From Octopus sinensis (Eukaryota), in contig NC_043017.1 of NCBI RefSeq assembly GCF_006345805.1, positions 23,746,001 through 23,810,000 of the forward strand: a DNA stretch of 64,000 nt, given 5' to 3'. The position numbers and the translations under genes are program-made. The notes beneath the pieces are model-generated. The model worked only from the letters and a program-made list of their open reading frames with translations, did no database searches and was not told the origin of the DNA. Of this stretch, positions 13,015-26,043 are shown one piece after another; the stretch's first letter is position 1, and each line of letters opens with the position of its first letter.

Positions 13015-14491
13015 GTAAGGAATAAAATTACTTCCATCCAAATTACACCAAATATTAATTTATGTTATTTGTTGTGTGAATTTTACACAGGAAAAGAGAG
13101 AAGCACTGTAAATATCAGAAATAACCTTTTTGCATTGTGTAAACACTGGTGCGAGGGTACATGGCCTAGTGGCCGGGGTTTTCAGCTCATGATCGTAAGG
13201 TTGTAAGTTTGATTCCTGGTATCAGTAAAGGAGATGAGCTGGCAGAATCATTAGCATGCTAGATAAAATGCTTAACGGTATTTCATCTGCCGCTACGTTC
13301 TGAGTTCAAATTCTGCCGAGGTTGACTTTGCCTTTCATCCTTTCGGGGTCGATTAAATAAGTACCAGTTATGCACTGGGGTCGATATAATCGACTTAATC
13401 CGTTTGTCTGTCCTTGTTTGTCCTCTTTGTGTTTAGCCCCTTGTGGGTAGTAAAGAAATAGGTATTTCGTCCATCGCTAAGTTCTGAGTTCAAATTCCGC
13501 CGAGGTCGACTTTGCCTTTCATCCTTTCGAAGTCAATGAATTAAGTACCAGTTGTGTACTGGTGATGATCTAATCAACTGGCCCCACTCCTCGAAAAATT
13601 TCAGGTCCTGTGCCTATAGTAGAAAGGATTCCTGGTATCAATAATCAAGAAAAATGGTATTGACCTCAATGCTCAACTGGTGCTTATTTTATTGATCCTG
13701 AAAAGATGAAAGGCAACATGAACCTCAGTGAAATTTGAACTCAGAATGTAGAAGAGCAAGACTCTTTATTTCACATTGCTCCAGTCCATTCAGCTGGCAA
13801 AAATGAGCTGTACCAGTAACTCAAAGGGCCAGGCTTGTCACATTCTGTGTCACGCTGGATCCCCCTAAAAACTGTGTTAAGGCTACATGTATTTGTGGAG
13901 TGCTCAGCCACTTGCACATTAATTTTATGAGCAGGTTGTTCTGTAGAAACACTGCCAGATCAGATTGGAGCCTGGTGCAGCCTCCTGGCTTCCCAGACCC
14001 CAGTCGAACCGTCCAACCCAAGCCAGCATGGAAAATGGACGTTAAATGATGATGATGATAAACAGCTTGTAGAGTTTTTATTGGATATATGTACCAACCT
14101 GGAATAAAGTAACATCTACACTTCTATTTTTCCTTTCCTTATAAAACTTTATATATATATATATATATAAATAAAGCTGATTTAACCCCTTTCGTACCGC
14201 TTCTAATTTACTAAAAGCATTGTCTTTTGTAATACTGTTGTATTATTACAGCTTACATGTTCTTCTCAGACTGGCTTACTTGAAGACACTGTTCTTCTGC
14301 ATGCGTTTTACCTGCTATGGTTTGTGCTTAGCAGGGGCCCTTTATTCCTTTGAAGTCCATTCCTGCTAAGCCAATATGTGTGTGTGTGTGTATATATGTA
14401 TGTATTTTAAAGCGATTTGTTGTTTAAGGCTGGAATAATGCAAGAAGGTACAAAAGGAAAAGAAAGCAAAACAAATTTGCAGTTTTACCTT

Positions 14492-14536
14492 GTGTTGTCC
14501 TGAAGAAGGGGTCAGAAGCCCGAAATATAGAAATAC
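14492..14536 (+). ncRNA. Minimal type I hammerhead ribozyme motif at the tip of a long hairpin
   Basis: GTGTTGTC-CTGAAGA-A-GGG(gtcagaag)CCC-GAAA-TAT-A-GAAATAC; canonical CUGAnGA core. Confidence 0.72.
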
Positions 14537-14929
14537 AGGGAAAAACTGCAGCTTTGCTTTGTTTTCTTTTCCTTTTGTAGTTTACTTTGTTCCAGCCTTA
14601 CACAACGAATCTCTTAAAATTATTCCACACAATGCCTCACCAAAACTACCTCATGTGTATGTGTGTGTGTTTGTGTGTACTTGTGAGCGTGTGAGGTATG
14701 TGTATACATGCACACACATACATGTGTGTCTGTGCTTCTGAAAACGAAGCAAGACTTGGGTAAAAATGGCAAAAGCTTATTTCAGGATGCTGAACTTCAC
14801 AAAAGAATGCAGATAAATGGCAAGACATGAGAAGGGGTTTGAATTCAGTGCTAGGATGTGGAATGAATATGGTTTTGGCTTCACTGGCAAAATACTAAAC
14901 AATTTTATCACCATCTTTATCACCACCAC

Positions 14930-14961
<32 letters not shown>

Positions 14962-15045
14962 CCATCAACAATATATTAAAGTCAGCAGAAACCATTAAAT
15001 GCTAAAATGAAATACCAAAATGCTGCTGTTTGTCGTTTCTTCCAG

Positions 15046-15129
15046 GTTTGTTGATGGAGATCTTTATTTTGAGTCTGTGGCAGATGTTTTAGAGGCAGCA
15101 ACTGAGGAGATATTTATCACTGATTGGTG
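15046..15129 (+). CDS. PLD1: PLD exon, start of catalytic core (WFVDGDLYF...EEIFITDWW)
   Basis: ccag|G...TG|gtaggt; 84 nt; EEIFITDWW is a PLD hallmark. Confidence 0.97.
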
Positions 15130-15297
15130 GTAGGTGCATTAGTCTTATTACAAACATACTTTGTGTCTTCTTCTCTACTCTTTCTTCTCTCTTTCTCTCT
15201 ATCGTTCATTCTATTTCTCTCTTATTCTTTCTTTTCCTCCATTCCTCTTTTCTTTCATTCACTCTGTGTATATATATATGTGTGTGTGTGTGTATGT

Positions 15298-15343
<46 letters not shown>

Positions 15344-18300
15344 AGTAGATAGCTAAGAAGATATATTTATATTATATTTTTATATATGTATAGATTTCTA
15401 TGTGTATATATATATAAATTTATTTGTATATATGTATATATTTGTGTGTGTGTATATATATATATATATTTGTATATATGTATATATTTGTGTGTGTGTG
15501 TATTTTACTCTCTGTATGCATAGCAATGCGTGCAGACACACACTTACTCTCTCTCTCTCTCTCTTTCTCTCTCTGTGTATATCACACTTTCTGTATTTAT
15601 AACATATCACACACACACGCACACACACACACACACAACCCTAACCCATCTTATTTTACAAAATTTCTTTCCATTTGTTGTTAGATATCCATGTTAAAAT
15701 TGCAACATCACACAGCCAGTTGTAAAATCACAAAATCACTTGTAAATGTTTTTCGAAATGTCAGACCTCATCTCTTCTCTCATGTCATGAATTAACTGTT
15801 TTTGTCTAATGAAGATTACTTTCACTTTCTTAGCTTGTATAGTCTTAAGAGTAATAATTGAGATAGAAGGAGGAAAAATTCTGGAGTTATTTTCTAAGTG
15901 CTTTAATCTAAGATTATGAATCAAAGTAGAAATAATTATTATATACAGGGGAAAAATAAAAAATTTCTGTTACAAGTAATTTTTTTTTTTTTTAACCTTT
16001 TGCATGTATAAGAAATTTTTTTAGATGCTTCTTATAATAATAATAATCCTTTCTACTAAAGGCACAAGGCCTGAAATTTTAGGGGAAGGGGCTAATTGAT
16101 TACATCAACTCTAGAACTCAACTGGTACTTGTTTTATCGACCCCGAAAGGATGAAAGGCAAAGTCAACCTCAGCGGAATTTGAACTCAGGATATAGAGAT
16201 AGACAAAATGCCGTGGTAATTATAATGCCCTGATGCAGTACCAGGCAGTGGCTCTCATGGCTTCTCATCTTAACTGTTTGGAACTGTTATCATGTACATG
16301 TTTTGTCTTGGTATAAAAGATGGGCTACAGCAAATATTCTGCTCAGTACCACAGATTTGCTTGTCAGTTGTTTGACCGTAACCAGTTGAGCATGTTTCTT
16401 AGTAGCTGACGATATGTGCATCTCTGATCATGAGCAGAAGTAGTGGGGGAGCATCATAGCCGTGTGTCGAGAGGAATTATTTGGGGTTTGGATAATTCAC
16501 CTTTGGAAACATGGGTGTTTTGCTCTTCATCCTTAAACACCCTTTATTCAGGGACCTTTTGAGCAGGATGGGCTACTCAACCTAAAGATCAATACAGCAA
16601 CAGGCATAAAGAGTAGGGGTTTTCACATAATGAAATGAAAAAAAAAGCAAGTATACATGGTATACATTGAAAAAGAAGGGACATATGCTTAGTATACAAA
16701 TTTTTTTAAATGGCAGGGAGGATGATAGAGATGTGGCCTTCCTGATATACAGGAAGGCTTCTAGGGATAATGGAGGAACCCCACTATCCAAGATTTCCCT
16801 GAAACCCTAGGAGCTAGTACCCTCTCCAACTCACAGGTCTACACTTAGAGAGGTACCATCCACTGTTGCCTTATGGCCGGAATTTCATGGGATGGGATTA
16901 GTTGATTATTTCGACCCCAATGCTCATCTGGTACTAATGTTATTGACCTCAAAAGGATGAAAAGGGCAAAGTCAACCCCTGCAGCATTTGAACTTGGAAT
17001 GTAAAGTTAGAAGAAATACCACCAAAACCTTTAGCCCGGTTTGCTAATGATTCTAGCAACTCACCAATTTATACCCTGTTAATGATAATATTCTTCAGAC
17101 ATTTTACCTCATCTGTAGATATGAAAGACTTCTTTTCTTTTTCTTTTTCTTTTTTTTTTTCCAACGTTGATTCTGACATGGTATTTCAATCATTTTGTTT
17201 TTCAGGTATCTTATTCCTGATTGTGTAGATCAATTAAAAATGATAGCTAGTTGAAAATGTCATGAAAAATCGTTCACCTCCAAAGATGAGGTTGATAATC
17301 TTCAAAACAATAATCTTATGAAGTCTTCAGCTGTTGATAACACACAAGACTACAGCATAAAAAGATTAAAAGACGAGTGGTAGCTTCTGTATGGTCAATC
17401 AGCTTACTAAAAATAGCTACCAAGTTCCCTCAGACCATGCCTAACCACCTTTGAAATAAAAAGGAAGGATAGATTGGGACAATAATGTAGTTCTAGTTAT
17501 ACATAGGTTCAAATATAAATGAACCCACAATATAAATTGTAAAATTATGAAAAATTTAATGAAAGAACTTTTTTGTTTTATATCTGGTACTGGAACATAG
17601 CATAGAATTTTGATGGAAAATTTTAATTTAGTGTTGAGGCAAGTGAAAATCAAAATCAAAATCAAATGAAATCAAATCAAAATAGATGAACATCAATGGA
17701 ATTTGTATCTTTGTGGTGCCGGTGGCATACAAGAAAACCATCCGAACGTGGCCGTAGCCAGTACCGCATCGACTGGCCTCTGTGCTGTGAGCACGTAACA
17801 AATACCATCCGATCGTGGCCGTTCGCCAGCCTCATCTGGCACCTGTGTCGGTGGCACATAAAAACACCATCCGAGCGTGGCCGTCTGCCAGCCTCGTCTG
17901 GCACTGTGTCGGTGGCACATAAAATCACCCACTACACTCTCGGAGTGGTTGGCGTTAGGAAGGGCATCCAGCTGTAGAAACACTGCCAGATCTGACTGGC
18001 CTGGTGCAGCCTTCGGGCTCCTCAGACCCCAGTTGAACCGTCCAACCCATGCTAGCATGGAAAGCAGACGTTAAATGATGATGATGATGACCACTTGAAG
18101 ACAACAAATTTATCAGATAATCCAGGACAGTCTTAAGTGGAGTGATATCAAGAAAATTAATTTATGGTAAGCTCTGTAACTGAGAAAGAATCAAGAACTT
18201 ATAGAGAAGATAAAAGATTTAATTTCTGTTGAATTTCTAGAAATGCTTATATTTACTTGACCAGGAAGAAAGCACTATACCCATGATCTTTACAGCCCCT

Positions 18301-19143
18301 TTAAGACCTATGAGTTCAATAGGGTTAATGTTCTTAAAACTAGTGAGATCAACAGGGTTAATGCAACTAAATGCTATGGCTGTTTGGAAAATCATTGGCA
18401 GAGAAGGGATTCCAGGAAACCAATGTCCTGTGGGTGGTGGGTGGTGGTGGGGTGGGATGAGATGGGGATGACAAGACAAAGTGGTTTGTGTGATTGAATC
18501 AGGAGGAATAGGATGAGTGATGAGAGCTGGAAAGATGAGTGAACTCAGATTGTTGTGGTTCAAGATCAGCCAGTTCCCTAGAGTTTAGGGCCAATGGCAT
18601 TACAGGAATAAGGCAAGATGTTTAGGGGCCTTGTTTAGTGGGGTGGGGCTGGGTTTGAAGTGTTTTAGTTTAATTCATAACCCTAGATTTGAACAGATTA
18701 AACAGTGTGTGTGGGTGGTGGCAGTGATGGTGATGGTGGAAATGTGTTGAGAGGAATGTGTGGGAAGGAGGGAGGGGGTGAGGCTATGAAGCTAAATGTT
18801 ATAAATATTATGAAGCTTGATATAAATAAACCTCTCCACTGTGGTGTTGTACTGCGACAACCAGCTTTGTTTCCTCCTCAATAAACTGGAGCAGAATGTA
18901 GAATATATTCAACAACAATGGTGTCAGCTTTACAAATTCACGTGCGCAGTCGAGTCAGTGCACACATACTTATGCACTATGCGTGCGTGCATGCATATAC
19001 ACGCATACAAAGACAAACATGCACATATAGATATAGACATATTTATACAGGCACACATGCACACACAGCCACTCTCACATACAGACACACACACATACAC
19101 AAACATATACATAAAGACACACATTTTACATGCATGCCCACAC

Positions 19144-19174
<31 letters not shown>

Positions 19175-19720
19175 AACATACATAAAGACACACATCTTAC
19201 ATGCACACATGCTCATGCATACACACACACACACATACAAACACACACTTTATATACACTCATGCACACTTACCATATAACAATAGTTATCCAAGTCTGC
19301 TTAAGGCCATAGTATGGTGACAGTAACATTGAGATGTGTGTGTGTGGATTTGTGTATATACTGCAAAACATTTGCTATTTCTGTTTAACTTAGCAGCACA
19401 AATTCTTGATAAGCTGCTCTAAAGAGAATGAATTGTGGAAGATCGGAAGTAATTTCAAAAACTGATCTCATCTAGTTAATTATTCTATAATTAATAACTA
19501 TTAATAGCAGATTGTGTGTGACCTTAGAAGCTCCTTTAAATTGGTGAGATGGATATACGGTTGGTGTTATTTATTTTTTAATGGACTGTGCTTGTCACCT
19601 CACAAAAGAAATTATTATTATTTTTAATAATAATTTTGGTCAAATCCGAAATCCCAGATTTTCAGGATAAAACGGATTTGTACTGACATAGGGGATTACT
19701 GGAAACATGCAAATGCTTTT

Positions 19721-20760
19721 GTGTGTCGTTATGTCAAACGCGGTTACAGTGAATCACAATTAAAGGAAATAGCAAATGAAATAGCTAAGATTAGCAAAGA
19801 TAGTCAAACCTATGCGTATAATTTTAGCAAACACAATACAATAGATAACGGAATTCCTTTAGTGATTAGCTGGCACCGACATTTCACTGGCATTTCAAAA
19901 GTGTTGCATTTACTACCATGTGGCAAAAAAATATCCTCGTTTCAAACAGATGTTTCCTCAGCCGCCTATTTTAGCCTTTAGACTAAATAAACATATAAGA
20001 GAATTATTGACCTCTATATCTGACTCCAAGAAAACGAACATTGGAGTATCTGTACACTATACCTTAAAGAACAGCCGCAAGAGAGGTAAGCCCTGTTCAT
20101 TGTGCAACAACATGAGTGAAGTGAATTTCAACAGAAATCATAACAGAAATGTTATGATTTATACAGAAAGTGGAACATGTAAAGATTCCCATTTGGTGTA
20201 TGCTGCAGAATGCATGAAACACAACTTAATTTATGTTGGTTGTACAAGAGAACAATTAAACAAAAGGTTTAATGGGCACAAATTTGATGTCAGGCACAAT
20301 AACAGTAGTTCGACAGAACTTGCTGAACATTTCATTTCAAGTGGCTGCAACTTTGAAGAAGACGCAAAAGTGCATATTCTCAGAAAATATTCTGAATCTG
20401 CTTCACTTTCACTTCTCAGAATGTACGAGGAGAAATATGTTTGCGAGTTATTAACATCACGCCCTGCAAGAATGAATAAGATGACAAGAGAATATCAACT
20501 TTATACAAATCTGTTTGATTAAATATTCTTCTTTCTCTCTTTTTCTTTTCTTTTTTTCTGTCATCTTTTTTCTGTTTTTTTCTTTTCGCCTGTTATAAAA
20601 TTGTAACTTAAAAACTGATGATGTCATTCCATCAATTTGTGGATGCTGGTTGCTCTCATTCATACTTTACATTTAAATTTCTGTAATTTTGAATTTTTAT
20701 CACTTCTTATTTTGAACTTGACAAAGACAAACGTACTGTTGAAATATCGTTCAACTAATA
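19721..20760 (+). mobile_element. Penelope-like retroelement 3' fragment: RT C-terminal region and GIY-YIG endonuclease, frameshifted, followed by a hammerhead motif
   Basis: ORF 19920-20522 has C..C, LVYAAEC...YVGCTREQL.KRF.GH, ELAEHF and E..Y...L, the PLE GIY-YIG pattern; overlapping ORF 19721-19981 continues upstream in another frame. Confidence 0.88.
20712..20754 (+). ncRNA. Minimal type I hammerhead ribozyme motif (U3:A8 variant)
   Basis: TTGAAC-TTGACAA-A-GACA(aacgtac)TGTT-GAAA-TAT-C-GTTCAA: perfect 6-bp stem I, 4-bp stem II, GAAA, AUC triplet. Confidence 0.8.
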
Positions 20761-20864
20761 AAATATCTTACAATCGAATCACGCTCTTCGTCTTGACTGT
20801 TTACCTTTGTGAAGAATTACGTCAATCCTTTTTAAAATATAATAATAATAATAATATAAAAGAT

Positions 20865-21330
20865 GGGCTACAACAAATATTCTGCTCAATACCACAGATT
20901 TGCTTGTCAGTTGTTTGACCTTAACCAATTGAGCATGTCCCTTAGTGGTTGACAATATGTACATCTCTGATCATGAGCAGAAGTTGTTGGGGATCATTAT
21001 AGCCATGTGTTGAAAGGAATTATTGGAGAGGTTTGGATAATTCACCTTTGGAAACATGGGTGTTTCATACAACATCCTTAACCCTTATTCAGGGGTCTTT
21101 TGAGCAGGATGGGCTACTCAACCTAAAGAAAATCCTAACTGTGCCCCACCTGCAAGGTCATGTGCTGTTTATTTTTATATCAGATCACTATGTCACACCC
21201 ATGTGGTTGTGATGCATGTGCCTGGTATACCCTTATCAGATGGGTAGTCATGATGGGTATACTGGGCTTCGTATATTTTACCCCCAGTGTCACTTTGATG
21301 GTATGCACTGCTCTCTCACTCAATAATAAT
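20865..21330 (+). repeat. Dispersed ~460-bp repeat ending in (AAT)n (also 16315-16590, 22815-22975, 53850-54270 minus)
   Basis: Near-identical AAAGATGGGCTAC...CTCTCACTCAATAATAAT copies; class not determined. Confidence 0.8.
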
Positions 21331-22022
21331 AATAATAATAGGGTAAACTTTGCCTTTCACCTTTCAAGGTTGATAAAATCTCTACCAGTTGAGGTCGATA
21401 TAATCAACTAGCCCTCTGCCCCAAAGTTTCAGGCCTGGACTGGCTCCTGTGCAGGTGGCACGTAAAAAACATCATTTGAGCATGGCCGTTGCCAGTACCG
21501 CCTGACTGGCCCTCATGCCAGTGGTACGTAAAAGCACCCACTACACTCTCGGAGTGGTTGGCATTAGGAAGGGCATCCAGCTTTAGAAACTCTGCCAGAT
21601 CAAGATTGAAGCCTGATGCAGCCATCTGGTTCTCCAGTCCTCGGTCAAATTGTCCAACCCATGCTAGCATGGAAAGCAGACGTTAAATGAAGATGATGAT
21701 GATTGTTATTATTATTATACGGTGATGGTGGTGGTGAAGGTGGTGATCGGACGCAGTGGTGACAATGAGATGTGATGGTGATAGTTTATGGGGGGGGGTA
21801 CTGATAGTAGTAGACAATGGTGACTTAGTAGAGCACTCAACAATATCCCACACAGAATTCAATTAACTTCCACCTGCTCCCGTGTTGTTGGTACGTGATT
21901 GTAGTTTTATCTTTACCCCCAACTACTGCTCCACTTCTCAACTCCATTATTTTATTGCTAATTGAGTTTTCTTTTTCTTTTCCTTTTTTAATATTTTTTT
22001 TTTCTTTTATATTTTCCGATAG

Positions 22023-22104
22023 GTTGAGTCCAGAATTATATTTGAAGCGTTCTGGTGCAGATTTCAATCAATGGCGTTTAGATGTGGTTCTTAAACGGAA
22101 AGCA
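22023..22104 (+). CDS. PLD1: PLD exon (LSPELYLKR...WRLDVVLKRKA)
   Basis: gatag|G...GCA|gtaagt; 82 nt. Confidence 0.97.
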
Positions 22105-23014
22105 GTAAGTTTCTTCATCTCCATCATTACCATCTTTATTGCCACCATCACCATTATCGTCACCATCATCATCATTACCACCATCATCGTCATCACCTCA
22201 TCATTGATATTTAGACCTCACTGTAAAATTCCTCAGTATTTTCTTATTCCACAATACTGAATCCACTTCATCCTATTGAAAAGTTAATTTCTCTCCAAAA
22301 GCATAATTGTCCATCCTTTCATTTAAGAGTAGAGAGGCCATGCTTTGAAGCATTCATCCTGTGGATTTGTTTGGTCTAAATTTAAAATGAAATTGGATAA
22401 TTCACAAATATTTCATAATTTTCATAGTTTGTAAAATTATATAAATAAATTTGTATAAATATTTTATAATTTTGGTAAGATATGGAGATCACATGAATAT
22501 GATTATATAATAAGCCCTGACCATGTGGTAAGAAGCTTGCTTCTCAACCACATGGTTCCAGGTTCAGTCACACTGCATGGCACCTTGGGCAAATGTCTTC
22601 TACTATAGCTTTGAGCTGACCAAGGGAAAGGCAACATCGGTGGTGTAGCAAAGTGAGACTGGTATGCATGGGCGACTGCTGGTCATCCATAAAAACAACC
22701 TTTCCTGGACTTGTGCCTCAGAGAGGAACTTCCTGGGTGCAATTCCATGGTCATACATGACTAATGGAGATCTTTATTCTTATGAGAGGTTCATGTAATA
22801 GAAATATTATCAGGTTGAGATCACCATCTCATGCACATATGGTTGTGATGCATATGCCTGGTGTACCCTTATCAGACGAGTAGTCATGGTGGGTATACTG
22901 GGCTTCGTATATTCTACACCAGTGTCACTTGGATGGCATGCACTGCTCTCTTACTCAATAATGATAATAATAATATTGATAATGTCTTTTCCTCTCTTCG
23001 CCATCATTACTCAG

Positions 23015-23128
23015 GAATGTGGAGTGAAAGTATTTATATTGCTGTACAAAGAGATAGCCCTGGCCCTTGGCATCAACAGTTATTATAGTAAGAGGACACT
23101 GATGAGTCTCCACCATGAAAATATCAAG
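23015..23128 (+). CDS. PLD1: PLD exon ([27 protein letters not shown]...ENIK)
   Basis: tcag|GAA...AAG|gtaagt; 114 nt. Confidence 0.97.
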
Positions 23129-24179
23129 GTAAGTCTCTTTAATCACTCAACCTGAAAACATTATTGATTTCATTTTTGCTTCTTTTTATCCTTTGGCTCC
23201 ATGGCTTTTCGTTACTTTCATCTTATAATTAACTAAGGCTGATCCTGTTTTTATAACGATTATTTTTTTCCCCCGGTTTATTTGGCTCCTTTTTCATCTT
23301 TTTTTTTTTGCCTTTTAAATTCAGCTTACTCTGATGAATTTGTGTTTTACTTTTTTCCATTACCTTGTGATATCTCATCCTATTATGTAACAACAGTAAT
23401 TGTAAGTGTGTATGTGGGAGGGAAGGTTCTTTGAGATGTTGACCCTTAGAAAATATATTAACAGAGGAAAATTCATCTGCATATCATAATCATTCACATC
23501 ATCACTGTCATCATTATGATAAAGATGGCGACGATAATGATGATATATAATGATGAATTACCATCATTTATCATCATCATTATTATTGTCGTCACCCTCG
23601 TCGTCATCATAATCATCATCATCATCATATTATAATTCTCTTGGTATGTGAATGTTTTACTTCACTATTCTATGCCAGGTTGGCTGTGATTGTTTGTGTA
23701 AATTTGTATAAATTTGCATATTGTTGAAGAACAACTGGTTCCTTGGTTGTCTGACCCTTCCCCTTCAACACCACTTGAGCATGATGTTGAAGTCAAACTT
23801 GTTATCAGCTGATTAATACTGGTTGCCAAACAATATCATCCATTCTTCTTTTGTAACACAATCAATTGTCTAGACATATTCATAAAACAGTATTTGCCCT
23901 TCATTTGTGTTTTTGTTTAATATTTATATTTCTTTTTATATATTTTTTCTTTTTTATGAGTGTAGAAGCAGGGGGTATCTTTGAAATTAAGCATTCTAAA
24001 AGTATTTAAAGTTAATATGATGACTTTTCCCCTCTCCCTCATATATTTTCAGCCGTATATTACTCGTTGTCAGCATCATATACTGTATTTTCATACACAT
24101 TTTCTCTATCTATTCTCGTTATAAATTTACTGTATTTTCCAGTATACAAGTCAATGTAGCATATATATGTCTTGCAAAC

Positions 24180-24590
24180 AACTTGCACTTGCAAGTGCTA
24201 CAAGTCAAAAGTTCCGTATACCGGAAGCCAGCAAGTGTATGGGGTCATCAGGAGAGAATGCGCGCCGTTTTGGGGCCTACCTCTCAATGGCATCAATGCG
24301 CACCAGCCCTCCTCACTGATATGAGGCCCCGCTTGCTAGATCAGCTGGTTATCAAATTAAGCTCAATATCCTTCTAGCCATCGCTTATCGTCTCTTTTGA
24401 ACGAAATCCAGTGGCTAGCCTTCTCCACTGCAGTTTGAATATCACTCATGGTGGTATTGACTTTACAATGAGTTAGGCCTAGCGATAACAACAGTCGTCT
24501 TACACTGTGTCCAACGAACCCTCTACATCCGACTTCGATTGGAAAATGTTCCGCTTTCCAGCCTGCGTCTTCACATTCTGCTATCTTTCT
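24180..24590 (-). mobile_element. Restriction-like-endonuclease non-LTR element 3' end (Hero/NeSL-like)
   Basis: Minus-strand ECEDAGWKAEHFPIEVGCRGFVGHS..LLLSLG...AVEKASHWISFKR...W, stop at 24365-24363, then 3' UTR. Confidence 0.75.
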
Positions 24591-25069
24591 AAAACCTGCT
24601 GCATTTCACATGGAATTTTTGGTTCCCCTTCAAAGCTATCTAAGTGTATAAGTCAAGGCCAAGATTCATACCAATATAATTAATACACATACACTAGTTC
24701 AATTCAATTCCATTCATTTATTAAATATCCAATTCTTTTAAGTTATTGAAAGGGTTGCAAAAAGCAACAAAAGAGCTTTGACAAAAAAGAAATGGATATT
24801 TAATAAATGAGTGGGATTGAACCAGTGTGTGTGTGTTAATTATATTAGCATGATGACTCTCCCTAGACACAACAAAAATTTGTTTCAACACACAAATTCA
24901 CATAAAGAATCTTGCAAACAAAAACGATGTATAAGTCGACCTATCTTTTTTGGTTGTAAATTTTGAGCTGAAAAATTTGACTTGCATTCCAGAAAATATT
25001 CTATTCTATTTCTTCACCTTCAAAAGTGTATTATTTTCTTTTCTGTTTTTCCTTCAAATTTTATCCTAG

Positions 25070-25209
25070 GTGTTAAGACATCCCGATCATGTACCTGGTG
25101 GAGTATATCTATGGGCGCATCATGAAAAACTGGTTGTTGTTGACCAGAAAAGTGCTTTCTTAGGTGGCTTTGATCTCTGCTATGGTCGGTGGGACTGTCA
25201 GAACCACAG
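25070..25209 (+). CDS. PLD1: PLD exon with catalytic HKD1 ([12 protein letters not shown]...[11 protein letters not shown])
   Basis: ctag|GTG...AG|gtattt; 140 nt; HxKxxxxD motif. Confidence 0.98.
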
Positions 25210-26043
25210 GTATTTTGATACATTCTTATCAGGTCTTAGAAAATGTTCCCAGATTACTTGTTAATGAATGTAAAACTATTGTTTAGCCCCAAGTCAGTCC
25301 TGGTTAAACAGTGTTTTGACCTCGGGTATTCCAACCATGACCATACTGTCTAGTTTGCTTTTATTTTCCAGTTACAGTGTATTTCAAGCTATATTTTCTA
25401 ACTTGTCCACCTCTTTAACACCAGGATGTGATTTGAGGGAAATTGGGGTTCTACTTTTAGCAGACTGAGGAACCACAAGGGGGCACCCTCAAGTAAAGTT
25501 TTAACGAATGTGGAACCTGTTAATAGTTTGCTCCAAATCACTTCACCAAATCAATAATTGCTCATAAGATAGACTGATTTTTACCAACTCTCATTTTTTT
25601 GCTGATAAATTGTGGCTGAGAAAGATTTGTCTGCAACAACAGAGTGGCAGACCATATTAGCCATGAAACACATATAAACTGTTAACTTCACTTAAACATG
25701 TAATGTTTAGTGTCAGTGATTGGTGGGACTAGACTTTTGACAACAAATAATGAATGTTTAAATAAAGTTAACAGTTTTTGTGTGTTTTTGAATGGCTTGT
25801 ATATGTATTTTATTGTTTTAACTTCACCACAAATCAAAGATCAACTCATTAGCCAGAGAAGTACATCTCTGAAATACAGATCTATTTTAGTTACTCAGTT
25901 CCCAGTTCAAATCTGTTGAAAGCGATGTTTTATACTTTCAAACGCATACAGCTCTGAAGTATTTTCAACTATCTCACTGAGATATATAAAAAAGAAAACA
26001 TCAAACAAAATAAAGTCCTTACTGTGAATCACTTCTACTGTAA

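Noticed and set aside
21832-21896. Possible extra exon ending TG|GTACGT, in phase with exon 22023
   Set aside because: No phase-compatible acceptor and no ATG after the upstream in-frame TAG.
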